A stretch of DNA of 61,307 nt from Deltaproteobacteria bacterium (GTDB taxonomy: Bacteria > Bdellovibrionota > Bacteriovoracia > Bacteriovoracales > Bacteriovoracaceae): positions 1-61,307 of the forward strand of contig SBGE01000081.1 in the NCBI GenBank assembly GCA_006226755.1. The letters are read 5' to 3'. This document shows, one piece after another, positions 28,397 to 36,738 of the stretch. The notes under the pieces were generated by a model that worked only from the letters and a program-made list of their open reading frames with translations, ran no database searches and was not told the origin of the DNA. Positions within the stretch are counted from its first letter, which is position 1. The number at the start of each line of letters is the position of its first letter. A program made the position numbers and the translations under genes.

Positions 28397-28450
28397 ATCG
28401 GGTATCAACACCATGTGATTTCATATGTTTACACATCTCTCTTACCCGAT
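28397..28450. promoter_or_regulatory. inverted repeat ATCGGGTA-N38-TACCCGAT in the divergent promoter region
   Basis: Perfect 8-bp arms sharing the TCGGGTA/TACCCGA core with the repeat at 26984-27030. Confidence 0.35.
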
Positions 28451-28488
28451 CCTATAGATTTGCTATAATAAGAACCTAGGAGTCTTTG

Positions 28489-28917
28489 ATGAAAAAGTTT
28501 TTTATTTGGATTTTGTTCATACCCTTTATCGCTGCTTCTGCAGGTGTGGGCGATTGGAAAATTGTGGGTGAAGAAGGTGATTTTTGGCTTCAAAGCACGA
28601 CTGATTCAAAGACAAAAAATCTAATCACCAAAAGAACAGGAGAGAGCAAAGTCATTTCAACTAAAGATGTGGGCGAGGACCATGAAATCATTGTCTACTA
28701 TACGGGGATGGCCGGGACCTTTAAGCTCGTAGATATTTATTACGCTCAAATTTTTAATAAAAAGACAAAAAAATTTTTAGGGGATTATCCTTGGGAGTAC
28801 AAATCTCAAAATAATCCTGATGAAAAACTTCCTCAACCTAAATGGGAAATCGGTACGAAGTCGATTTCCATTTCAGATGAGCAAACAACAATTCAAAAAG
28901 TTATACAGCTTAATTGA
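28489..28917 (+). CDS. secreted protein, unknown function
   Basis: AGGAG lies 6 nt before ATG 28489. Signal peptide (FFIWILFIPFIAASAG). Confidence 0.6.
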   Translation: MKKFFIWILFIPFIAASAGVGDWKIVGEEGDFWLQSTTDSKTKNLITKRTGESKVISTKDVGEDHEIIVYYTGMAGTFKLVDIYYAQIFNKKTKKFLGDYPWEYKSQNNPDEKLPQPKWEIGTKSISISDEQTTIQKVIQLN

Positions 28918-29431
28918 AACATTTCCAGGATCTGGTTTTTTGAAACCAACCTGAAAGGCGTTGAGTGAGATTGAAGGTTTCAATCTCATCATCATTTGTA
29001 ATCTTAAAGTCCATAGTGATTTTTGATGACTTCCCGTCTATGGGGCGAGCCTTGTATTCCAAGTTCATAGTGTATTCATCGATGTTGAATTTATCGAATG
29101 ATCTTGCATCTACTGGTTTGAAAGTGACGTCAGGTGCATTTCCTCTAAGATCCGCATCGAAAGTCAAAGTTTGATCAAATGTTCTACCGTATTGCAAAGA
29201 TCTAATTCTGAAATCGATTTTGATTCTCTCTTCTGTGCAACTGATGAGATTGTGAGTAAGAGTTATTTTATCAGTACATGCCGTGACACTTTCAGGATCT
29301 GGCTTGGCCAAAACATCGATGATTCTTTTGTGCAAATTTGGAAGGATCTCGATATGCTCGCAATCAACTTCGGCCTTTGCTCCAAGAGAAAAAAGAAAAA
29401 GAATTAACAAGAATGACTTCAATGTCTTCAT
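28910..29431 (-). CDS. secreted protein, unknown function
   Basis: I moved the start to MKTLKSFLLILFLFSLGAKA (signal peptide). The 3' end overlaps the convergent ORF by 8 nt. Confidence 0.6.
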   Translation of the reverse strand: MKTLKSFLLILFLFSLGAKAEVDCEHIEILPNLHKRIIDVLAKPDPESVTACTDKITLTHNLISCTEERIKIDFRIRSLQYGRTFDQTLTFDADLRGNAPDVTFKPVDARSFDKFNIDEYTMNLEYKARPIDGKSSKITMDFKITNDDEIETFNLTQRLSGWFQKTRSWKCFN

Positions 29432-29677
29432 GAGTGCCCCCCACAGCATCATATGAACGATGCCTACATTTTAACGGCCAATAAGGTGAAGTCATAATCA
29501 AACTTTGAAACTATTCAAAAAATCTTTCACTAAGAGTTGCATTGGTTGAGTGAGAAACTTCGGTAATGGGAGATTATGGTACCGTGGGAGTAATACTTGT
29601 CAGAGAACCTTGTAGAGATTGAGTTGTATGATTAGTGAAGAATATCTTCCTGTTTTTGTCAGGCTTGTGAATTCTAA

Positions 29678-30145
29678 TTACTTAATCAACTCAGAATAAA
29701 CGAATTCATTCTTTCTTGAAAATTTTGAGATAAAACAATCAGGGATGTAGCTGTCCCCTGGGGTATCACAGAAGAAGTTGATTCTCATTGAAGTCACTTG
29801 CTTCAAATCTTTTGAGCATTTGAGATTTCTCACAAAGAACTTTTTGATTTTATATTCACGTTTGGTATAGCGCTTGAGATCCATTTCCTGTTTGTCATGA
29901 CATTTGATAGCTTCCATTTTTTCAATATCAGCAGTAACAATGGCTCCGGTCCGATCGAGAATCAAATCTTTTCTTTCCTTCATTTGCTTTTGTGTGAGTT
30001 TGTCTCGGTTGGAAAATGAGAACTCTTTGCAGCTTGATACTTTCAAGATCAATTTATCACAAGGGATGTGAGCGACCCAAGAAGCGAATTTTGCGTGAAC
30101 TGGAGTAATAGAAAAGAAAATTAGAAAGGTAAATAGTGTTTTCAT
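29678..30145 (-). CDS. secreted Cys-containing protein, unknown function
   Basis: I moved the start to MKTLFTFLIFFSITPVHA (signal peptide). Confidence 0.55.
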   Translation of the reverse strand: MKTLFTFLIFFSITPVHAKFASWVAHIPCDKLILKVSSCKEFSFSNRDKLTQKQMKERKDLILDRTGAIVTADIEKMEAIKCHDKQEMDLKRYTKREYKIKKFFVRNLKCSKDLKQVTSMRINFFCDTPGDSYIPDCFISKFSRKNEFVYSELIK

Positions 30146-30203
30146 TGGGCCATCCTTTGAAACAGGATGACCCAAGTTTTGAATTAGAGCAATATTCGCT
30201 GAA

Positions 30204-31010
30204 TTATTGAACTTTTCTGATCAATCTTACCCCGTGTGAATAGTCGTAATAGCCTGGATCGCCCACATGGGCAGCACTCGGGGAATTTTGCCAAAAGGTT
30301 CCGTCTCCTTTGGCGAAACCATAGATTCGACCGTCATTGGTATACCACTTGAAATGACCATCAATGAGTTTTTTATCTCCGGCCTTTGATCTTTCTCTCA
30401 TCCGAGAGTCATTCATCATTTCATTCATACTTTTTAACTGGCTGGCCTCTCCGTTATTAGGTGTTCGAGTAATTGCCTTGTATTGATTACCATCTGAAGC
30501 GGCAGCACGACCGATGGTCTTGGCCTGTCCTGCATCAGGGAGTTGCCATCCCCAGGCCTGGGCGATTCTTTTGGCCTCTGGGAAAGTCAGTGGAACATAG
30601 GTGCCATCAGGAAGTTTGACGTTATCATTCATTACTTCATACTTAGTGCCATCTGGCATTGTCATTTTAGTGGTGCTCATTTTATTTGGACCGGCAGCAA
30701 TAATCTTTTCGATAAGAGCTTTTCTTTGGGCCTGACTTGTAATGGTGTACTTTCCATTATTCTTTGGATCATCTTGTTGAGCAGCTTGTTCTTCTTGGTA
30801 ATGGCATTCGCCTTTTATGGCCGAACCCGGATTACTGATTTCATCAGCTAACTGATTTCCGTAAGGAAGATTTTTAAAGTCATCAGTAAGTCTTACCAAC
30901 GCTTGATCAGCTTCAGACATAGGGTAGTCAGGATCGAGTTTTTTTTCTTCGCAAGAATGGAAAAAGGGAATAAGGATCAAGACCAAAACAACGTTTAACA
31001 TCCGCTTCAT
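30204..31010 (-). CDS. secreted/lipoprotein-like protein, unknown function
   Basis: I moved the start to MKRMLNVVLVLILIPFFHSC. No confident domain; the GWQLPD segment is vaguely DUF1566-like. Confidence 0.6.
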   Translation of the reverse strand: MKRMLNVVLVLILIPFFHSCEEKKLDPDYPMSEADQALVRLTDDFKNLPYGNQLADEISNPGSAIKGECHYQEEQAAQQDDPKNNGKYTITSQAQRKALIEKIIAAGPNKMSTTKMTMPDGTKYEVMNDNVKLPDGTYVPLTFPEAKRIAQAWGWQLPDAGQAKTIGRAAASDGNQYKAITRTPNNGEASQLKSMNEMMNDSRMRERSKAGDKKLIDGHFKWYTNDGRIYGFAKGDGTFWQNSPSAAHVGDPGYYDYSHGVRLIRKVQ

Positions 31011-31276
31011 ACAACACCAACTATCGCACACAATTTTCGGTTCCCCTCATTTTAAGTGGGCCGCTTGTGAGAACCTAGTATCTTAAGGTTTGGAGCCCTA
31101 ACTAACTGATTATTTGTATTTTAGATGAGCTCAACTGTGCCTATAAAAGATGCTGTTTCAGATTTGGAACGCGCCGCATTTCTTAACTTATTGATTCTTG
31201 ATGGGAGCTTTATAAGAAAGTTGGCCTGTCTTTAGCACCTAGCCGGATCGACAAATTAATTTTTAAGGAGAATAAA

Positions 31277-31621
31277 ATGAAAAACGTAGTTGGCGTAATC
31301 TTGTTAATGTTTGCACTTGTGAGTTGTAAAGGAAGTGGCGGAGGATCAGGAGATGATTCTCAAAATGCTTTTTATAATCAGTATCAAAGTGGGGCCTGTG
31401 GACTCGAAGTTGTTTCGGACTACAACAGTGCGATTATGAAATGTAAATACATGTTCGATCGAGATGATATATCAGAATGTCAGTCAAAACTTTTGCTTTT
31501 CAAAAGTAATTATCCGGGAATCAACTGTACTGCTCAAAAAGGCTATGGACTAGATGAAGAGATCTTCACCATCAATGAAGCACATCTTGATGAACTGATT
31601 GAAGAAGTTTCCAATCTTTAA
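31277..31621 (+). CDS. small lipoprotein, unknown function
   Basis: AAGGAG RBS and a canonical lipobox (LMFALVSC). Confidence 0.6.
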   Translation: MKNVVGVILLMFALVSCKGSGGGSGDDSQNAFYNQYQSGACGLEVVSDYNSAIMKCKYMFDRDDISECQSKLLLFKSNYPGINCTAQKGYGLDEEIFTINEAHLDELIEEVSNL

Positions 31622-31653
31622 GAGATATTAATTTTTTTGTGATTTTTAATTAA

Positions 31654-31729
31654 TGGTGGACCGTACTGGGATCGAACCAGCGACCTCTTCGCTGCCAGCG
31701 AAGCGCTCTCCCAACTGAGCTAACGGCCC
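31654..31729 (-). tRNA. tRNA-Ala (anticodon GGC), CCA encoded
   Basis: The reverse complement folds as a cloverleaf. The acceptor is GGGCCGT/ACGGTCC with the G3:U70 Ala identity pair, the anticodon loop is CTGGCAG and the T-loop is TTCGATC. Length is 76 nt. Confidence 0.95.
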
Positions 31730-31905
31730 TCGATTTTGGAAGTCACAATTTAATTTCAAAGAGTTGAAAAGGCAAGGCTTTTGATGGGGCTTGACTCGTT
31801 GGGCAATATTTTCCGCTCAGGTATTAAATCATCAAAAGGTCAGTATTGATCGGCTTTCCCGTCGATAAGAATGGCACTTGATTTTAAAACTGAAAGGAGA
31901 ATTTT

Positions 31906-32157
31906 ATGTCAGGATGGATCGCCCAAGTACAGGTGAAGTGGAACAAAGATGCACCAGTAGATAAAAACTGGGAATGGTTGAAAGAGTGGAATGAAGTGAA
32001 ATGGGCCGGATCAACAATGGGTGATTGGGATATGACCCTTTGGGTAGATGTAAAAACTCCAGAAGAGTTAGAGAATTTCGTACACAACAAACTCAGAGCT
32101 AAAAACTGGGTTTGGGATACTAAGTCTACGTGGACCAAGGAAGTGTGGGCGGCTTAG
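31906..32157 (+). CDS. stand-alone Lrp/AsnC-type (RAM) ligand-binding-domain-like protein, extremely Trp-rich
   Basis: AAAGGAG RBS. The pattern GDWDMTLWVDVKTPEELENFVHNKLR matches the RAM-domain core. Two terminators follow the stop. Confidence 0.7.
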   Translation: MSGWIAQVQVKWNKDAPVDKNWEWLKEWNEVKWAGSTMGDWDMTLWVDVKTPEELENFVHNKLRAKNWVWDTKSTWTKEVWAA

Positions 32158-32166
32158 TATTGAAAT

Positions 32167-32222
32167 AGGGGGTCTGAGTACGCCAAGGTCGGCATGGAAA
32201 CTGACCCCCTCTTTTCTTTTTT
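32167..32222 (+). terminator. hairpin terminator (AGGGGGTC...GACCCCCT + T-rich tail)
   Basis: An 8-bp GC-rich stem with a long loop, followed by CTTTTCTTTTTT. Confidence 0.5.
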
Positions 32223-32228
32223 CCGTGT

Positions 32229-32262
32229 AAAAAAAGGGGCTTCAATCGAAGCCCTTTTTTAT
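32229..32262. terminator. bidirectional rho-independent terminator
   Basis: A7, then GGGCTTC-AATC-GAAGCCC, then T6, placed between the convergent Trp-rich ORF and slyD. Confidence 0.7.
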
Positions 32263-32274
32263 TTTGAAAATGTT

Positions 32275-32760
32275 TTAATCGTGGTGATGTCCGCCTGGTC
32301 CGTGAACGTGACCGTGAGCGATTTCTTCATCTGAAGCAGCTCGGACTTCAACAACTTCTACGTCAAAGTTCAAAGTTACGCCTGCAAGTGGATGGTTACC
32401 ATCAACAGTAACTGTATCGTCAGTAAGAGCTGTAATTGCAAGTAGCATTGGACCGGCTTCAGTACCAACTTGAAACTGCATTCCTACTTGAAGAGTATCT
32501 GGTTCTTGAAATTGATTTCTTGGAACTTCTTGAACGAGCTCAGCATTGACTTCGCCGTAAGCATCAGCTGGAGCGATAGTTGCTGTTAGCTTGTCGCCAG
32601 TTGTTTTCCCTTCGAGTTGATCTTCAAGCCCTGGGATGATGTTTTGGTGACCCTGAAGGTACACCAATGGCTCTTGCCCTTGTGAGCTGTCCAGTTGGTT
32701 TCCGTCGTTGTCCGTCAGGGTGTAGTGGATTGAGACCACCATGTCTTTTTCGATTTTCAT
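32275..32760 (-). CDS. slyD: FKBP-type peptidyl-prolyl cis-trans isomerase SlyD with a His-rich tail
   Basis: MKIEKDMVVSIHYTLTDNDGN...YLQGHQNIIPGLEDQLEGK parallels E. coli SlyD. The C-terminus is HGHVHGPGGHHHD. I trimmed the start from the track's 32943 to ATG 32760, which has an AAGGA RBS. Confidence 0.9.
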   Translation of the reverse strand: MKIEKDMVVSIHYTLTDNDGNQLDSSQGQEPLVYLQGHQNIIPGLEDQLEGKTTGDKLTATIAPADAYGEVNAELVQEVPRNQFQEPDTLQVGMQFQVGTEAGPMLLAITALTDDTVTVDGNHPLAGVTLNFDVEVVEVRAASDEEIAHGHVHGPGGHHHD

Positions 32761-32908
32761 AAAAGGATCCTTGTCTTGGTGCGCCATAATGCGCCATAAA
32801 TCGATTATACCATACCAAAAAGTGGGGGTATTTACAGGATTAATTTTGGCATTTTCGGGAAAAGCAGGCTTTAATACTTGAGCAAATCGTTTCAAAGGAT
32901 GAACTAAG

Positions 32909-33505
32909 ATGACAAAACTAATGCTGGTAATGGCGTTTATCATAAGCCTTTCCTGTAGTTCAACTCAGAGCAAAACAACAGAGAACAAATCCACACAAAG
33001 TAGAGGACATTACGTGACACCTCCAAATCCCGCGACTAGTGATGTGAATTTTTATAGCCGAAGTAAGCCTTACGGCGAGTTTTCAAACTTTGCGCTCTTT
33101 CCCATTATGATTGAAGGAAAGAGATGGCCAACAAGTGAGCATTATTACCAGGCCATGAAATTCAAAGATAAGAAACTTCAAGAGTTGGTAAGGACTACTG
33201 AAGATCCAGCGGCGGCTGCTAAAATTGGAAGAACAAGAGGACCAGTTCGTAAAGATTGGCACAAAGTGAAAGAGAGATTCATGTGGCCAGCACTTGTGGC
33301 GAAATACACCCAGCACGACCGTTTACAAAAACTTCTTCTTTCAACAGGAACTCAGAAGATAATCGAACACACCAAGAACGATGATTATTGGGGAGACGGA
33401 GGCGACGGTACTGGTAAGAATATCCTCGGTCTGATGTTGATGGGCCTTCGAGACCAAATTCGTGAAGATAATGGGGCCTCTCCAGATTCCTACATCTGGA
33501 AGTAG
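32909..33505 (+). CDS. NADAR (YbiA/DUF1768) family protein with an N-terminal signal peptide
   Basis: FSNFALFPI...WPTSEHYYQAMKF and DDYWGDGGDGTGKNILGLMLMGLR are NADAR signatures. The N-terminus is MTKLMLVMAFIISLSCSS. Confidence 0.85.
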   Translation: MTKLMLVMAFIISLSCSSTQSKTTENKSTQSRGHYVTPPNPATSDVNFYSRSKPYGEFSNFALFPIMIEGKRWPTSEHYYQAMKFKDKKLQELVRTTEDPAAAAKIGRTRGPVRKDWHKVKERFMWPALVAKYTQHDRLQKLLLSTGTQKIIEHTKNDDYWGDGGDGTGKNILGLMLMGLRDQIREDNGASPDSYIWK

Positions 33506-33557
33506 TCAAACTGTCTAGTCAGTTATTTTGCGTCATTAAAACAAACAAAAAATTGTG

Positions 33558-33596
33558 ACTCCATCCTTTCCAAGGGTGGAGTGGTGTTTTATCCTT
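33558..33596 (+). terminator. hairpin terminator after the NADAR gene
   Basis: ACTCCATCC-TTTCCAA-GGGTGGAGT (one G-U pair) followed by a T-rich tail. Confidence 0.5.
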
Positions 33597-33626
33597 TTAT
33601 AGATTTAAAATTGCGAAGGAGTGCAC

Positions 33627-34631
33627 ATGGGTTTGTTTGATGCTTTTAAAAAGCAGTTTATTGATGTCATTGAATGGACGGAAGAAGAAGACGGAGTTCT
33701 TTCTTATCGCTTCCCAATGATTGACCAAGAGATTCAAAACGGTGGGCAATTAACTGTTCGTGAAAGTCAACTTGCCATGTTTGTGAACGAAGGAGAGATT
33801 GCAGATATCTTCGAACCTGGGCTTCACACTCTTAATACTCAAAACCTTCCGATTCTTACCAATCTCATGCATTGGGATAAGGCGTTTAAATCTCCTTTTA
33901 AGTCGGATGTTTATTTCTTCTCTACTCGTGATCAAATTGATCAAAGATGGGGAACACCAAATCCAATTACCATCAGAGACAAAGACTACGGTCATATCAG
34001 ACTTCGTGCACATGGAACTTTCTCTTATTCCATTAATGATCCAAAAGCTTTTTATAAGCAGATCAGTGGAACCAGAGAGAAGTACACTGTTGAAGAGCTT
34101 GATGGACAATTGATTTCATCAATCCTAACAGGGATGTCGAGCTTCTTCGGAAACAGTGGGATTCCATTTCTTGATATGGCCGCGAATCAAACTGAGTTTT
34201 CCAACAAGCTTAAAGAAGCGTTGACTTCTGAATTCACGAAATATGGATTGGACCTCAAAACTTTTTATGTTCAAAACCTTTCTCTTCCAGAAGAGCTTCA
34301 AGAGTACCTCGACAAGGCATCCAAAATGCGAATGGTTGGAGATCTTGGAAAGTATACTCAATTTGAAACTGCTGACTCCATCAAAACTGCTGCCGGTAAC
34401 GAAGGCGGAGCTGCTGGGATGGGCGCGGGGCTAGGTGCTGGAATTGCCATTGGTAATCAGATGGCCGGTCAAATGTTGGGTGGCGGATCTGGTGGAAACC
34501 AAGCTGCAGCACAGAGTGAAGAAGAAGTTCTCGCAACCATCGAAAAACTTCATGGAATGAAAGAGAAGGGAATCCTTACTGAAGAGGAATTCAACGCAAA
34601 GAAAGCAGAACTTTTAAAAAAATTGACCTGA
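33627..34631 (+). CDS. SPFH/Band-7-like protein (YdjI-type, virion-core-protein-like) with a Gly-rich linker and C-terminal SHOCT domain
   Basis: AAGGAG lies 6 nt before ATG 33627. MGLFDAFKKQFIDVIEW...LTVRESQLAMFVNEGEI is typical of this family. The C-terminal EEVLATIEKLHGMKEKGILTEEEFNAKKAELL is SHOCT-like. Confidence 0.85.
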   Translation: MGLFDAFKKQFIDVIEWTEEEDGVLSYRFPMIDQEIQNGGQLTVRESQLAMFVNEGEIADIFEPGLHTLNTQNLPILTNLMHWDKAFKSPFKSDVYFFSTRDQIDQRWGTPNPITIRDKDYGHIRLRAHGTFSYSINDPKAFYKQISGTREKYTVEELDGQLISSILTGMSSFFGNSGIPFLDMAANQTEFSNKLKEALTSEFTKYGLDLKTFYVQNLSLPEELQEYLDKASKMRMVGDLGKYTQFETADSIKTAAGNEGGAAGMGAGLGAGIAIGNQMAGQMLGGGSGGNQAAAQSEEEVLATIEKLHGMKEKGILTEEEFNAKKAELLKKLT

Positions 34632-34632
34632 T

Positions 34633-35274
34633 ATGACCAAAATCAACTGCCCATCCTGCGGGGGAGAGATACCATTTCGGTCGTCGACTTCGGTCTTTGC
34701 CGTCTGCCCTTATTGTAAATCAACTGTTGTTCGCCATGATCTCGATCTAGAACTGATCGGGAAAATGGCGGATCTCCCTGATGATATGAGTCCCATTCAA
34801 CTCATGATGTCCGGACGTTTTAATAAGAAAACATTTTTTGTCGCTGGTCGGATCATCGTTAAATATGAAGATGGTTTTTGGAATGAATGGTACCTAAATT
34901 TTGATGACGGAAGTTCCGGTTGGCTTGCTGAAGCAGGTGGTGATCTAGCCATCAATTTTCCCGTGGCCAGTGGTCTAAAGATTTCTGATAAATCTTATGT
35001 TCAAACTGGGGCAAAACATCAGCTTGATGGAAAAAACTTTTATGTCACAGATGTTAAGAAAATGGTTTGTGTCGGAAGTGAAGGGGAACTTCCTTTTCGC
35101 GGAATTGAAGGGAGACAGTCTCTCAATGTAGATCTTTCTGATCGTTCTGGTGGATTTGCTTCAATCGAATTCAATGACGACGATGGTGTACAGGCCTATG
35201 TCGGTCAGTATGTTGAATTTAAAGACCTCAAACCGAAAGGCTTTAGAGTTTTTCAGGGATGGGGTAAACCATGA
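34633..35274 (+). CDS. Zn-ribbon + DUF4178 domain protein
   Basis: Starts 1 nt after the upstream stop. It has a CPSC...CPYC ribbon, and FWNEWYLNFDDGSSGWLAEAGG is the DUF4178 core. Confidence 0.75.
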   Translation: MTKINCPSCGGEIPFRSSTSVFAVCPYCKSTVVRHDLDLELIGKMADLPDDMSPIQLMMSGRFNKKTFFVAGRIIVKYEDGFWNEWYLNFDDGSSGWLAEAGGDLAINFPVASGLKISDKSYVQTGAKHQLDGKNFYVTDVKKMVCVGSEGELPFRGIEGRQSLNVDLSDRSGGFASIEFNDDDGVQAYVGQYVEFKDLKPKGFRVFQGWGKP

Positions 35275-36587
35275 GTAATCGAATCAGTAGAAAAGAAAAA
35301 CAGATTCGCCCTGTCGTTAAAAGCTTCAATTGTCCTAATTGTGGAGCCACTTTAAATATTACTGCAGTTGGGCGAACCATATCTGTCGTTTGTAAAAGTT
35401 GTCGAGCCACTTTGGATGCTACTGATCCAAACTTCGCGATATTAGAAAAAAATGCAAAGATGAAAACTGTAACACCTGCAATTCCTGTTGGGAGTCGTGG
35501 AACTCTTGGTGGAAAGATGTGGGAGTGCATTGGATTCATGCAAAGAGGTGATAGCTACGGTTATCGCTGGCATGAATACCTTCTCTACAACCCTTATCAT
35601 GGCTATCGATGGCTTTTTGAGTTTGATGGTCATTGGACTTGGTTTAAAAGATCATACGACTTACCAGATCTCTCTGGAACCGATGTTAAATATAAAGGAA
35701 ATACTTATAAGCTCTTCACCAAAGGAACGTCTGAAGTTTTTTACGTGGAAGGTGAATTTTATTGGAGAGTGAAGGCCGGAGATAAATCCAAAGTAAAGGA
35801 TTTTGTTTCTGCTCCCTATACGATCTCTTTTGAAGCCAGCGAAGGTGAAGAAGTTTGGACACATGGACAATACTTGGAACCTGATCGGATAAAGAAAGCT
35901 TTCAATTTGAAAGACAATTTTTTTCCAGAACCGGTAGGGATTGCTCCAAACCAGCCTTCTCCACATAAATTAGAAGCTAAGACAGCTTTGAAATACTTTT
36001 TCTTTTCTGCAGTTTTCATGATTGTTGTTCATGTCTTTAGAACAGCTACTGCCATCAATAAAGAAGTCTTTCGTTTTAGCGGTGTGAGGACATTGGCACC
36101 AAGATACAGTGATAATAAAACTTTGGATGAGAAAGTTGAGAATACTCCAACATTTCTTATCGAAAAGAAACGATCCAACCTTCAACTCAAGGCCATGGCC
36201 AATGTCAATAATTCATGGATTTGGATAGATCCACTTCTCGTGAATGAAGAAACCGGTAAGGGAATACCTATGCCGGTTGAAGTTTCCTACTATCATGGCT
36301 ACTCCGGTGGTGAGAGTTGGAGCGAGGGTGGACATAATAAATCTAAAATTATTCAAAATGTTCCACCAGGGCGATACTACCTAAGTATCAAAACTCAGAT
36401 TGGTGGCCAAAGCTTAAGAGATGTTAATTACTCATTGATATTGATTCAAGATGTACCTGTACTTTCTAATTTGATCATCTCTTTGATCTTGTTAGGTATT
36501 TTCCCTATTTTCAAGCTTATGAGAAGACAGAGCTTTGAAGTACAGCGCTGGTCTACCAGTGACTACTCACCTTATTCGGAGGACTAA
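35271..36587 (+). CDS. Zn-ribbon + DUF4178 domain membrane protein
   Basis: ATGA overlap with the upstream ORF. It has a CPNC...CKSC ribbon, the YRWHEYLLYNPYHGYRWLFEFDG motif, and two C-terminal TM segments. Confidence 0.75.
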   Translation: MSNRISRKEKQIRPVVKSFNCPNCGATLNITAVGRTISVVCKSCRATLDATDPNFAILEKNAKMKTVTPAIPVGSRGTLGGKMWECIGFMQRGDSYGYRWHEYLLYNPYHGYRWLFEFDGHWTWFKRSYDLPDLSGTDVKYKGNTYKLFTKGTSEVFYVEGEFYWRVKAGDKSKVKDFVSAPYTISFEASEGEEVWTHGQYLEPDRIKKAFNLKDNFFPEPVGIAPNQPSPHKLEAKTALKYFFFSAVFMIVVHVFRTATAINKEVFRFSGVRTLAPRYSDNKTLDEKVENTPTFLIEKKRSNLQLKAMANVNNSWIWIDPLLVNEETGKGIPMPVEVSYYHGYSGGESWSEGGHNKSKIIQNVPPGRYYLSIKTQIGGQSLRDVNYSLILIQDVPVLSNLIISLILLGIFPIFKLMRRQSFEVQRWSTSDYSPYSED

Positions 36588-36719
36588 ATGTACAAGTATA
36601 TTTGCATTGGAATTTGTGCTGTCTATACCTATCTTGCTTTTACTGGGAGAAGTTACTTCAGTCCAAGTCCTACACGCTCATGGGCCAAAAAAGGTGAGCG
36701 GGCCATTTTTCACAAATAA
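36588..36719 (+). CDS. unannotated 43-aa single-TM micro-protein
   Basis: The ATG directly abuts the upstream TAA, and GGAGG (36578-36582) lies 5 nt upstream. It translates to MYKYICIGICAVYTYLAFTGRSYFSPSPTRSWAKKGERAIFHK. It is below the ORF-track length cut-off. Confidence 0.4.
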   Translation: MYKYICIGICAVYTYLAFTGRSYFSPSPTRSWAKKGERAIFHK

Positions 36720-36738
36720 AAACTACGGAGGAAAAAAT

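Noticed and set aside
31654-31729. tRNA-Ala as an integration site of a genomic island.
   Set aside because: No integrase is adjacent, and I could not find a duplicated copy of the tRNA 3' end in the flanking ~5 kb by eye. The neighbouring orphan genes are reported only as a possible accessory block.
31884-32138. 84-aa minus-strand ORF opposite the Trp-rich gene.
   Set aside because: The plus-strand ORF has a strong AAAGGAG RBS, a recognisable RAM-like pattern and downstream terminators. The minus-strand ORF has none of these.
32761-32943. 61-aa N-terminal extension of slyD in the ORF track.
   Set aside because: The canonical SlyD N-terminus (MKIEKDMVVS...) starts at 32760 with an AAGGA RBS. 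The extension would overlap the NADAR gene start and its promoter region.
36535-36738. 68-aa N-terminal extension of the DUF350 ORF.
   Set aside because: It would overlap the upstream gene by 53 nt and lacks an RBS. ATG 36739 has ACGGAGG upstream and yields a typical two-TM DUF350 protein. The gap is better explained by the micro-ORF at 36588.
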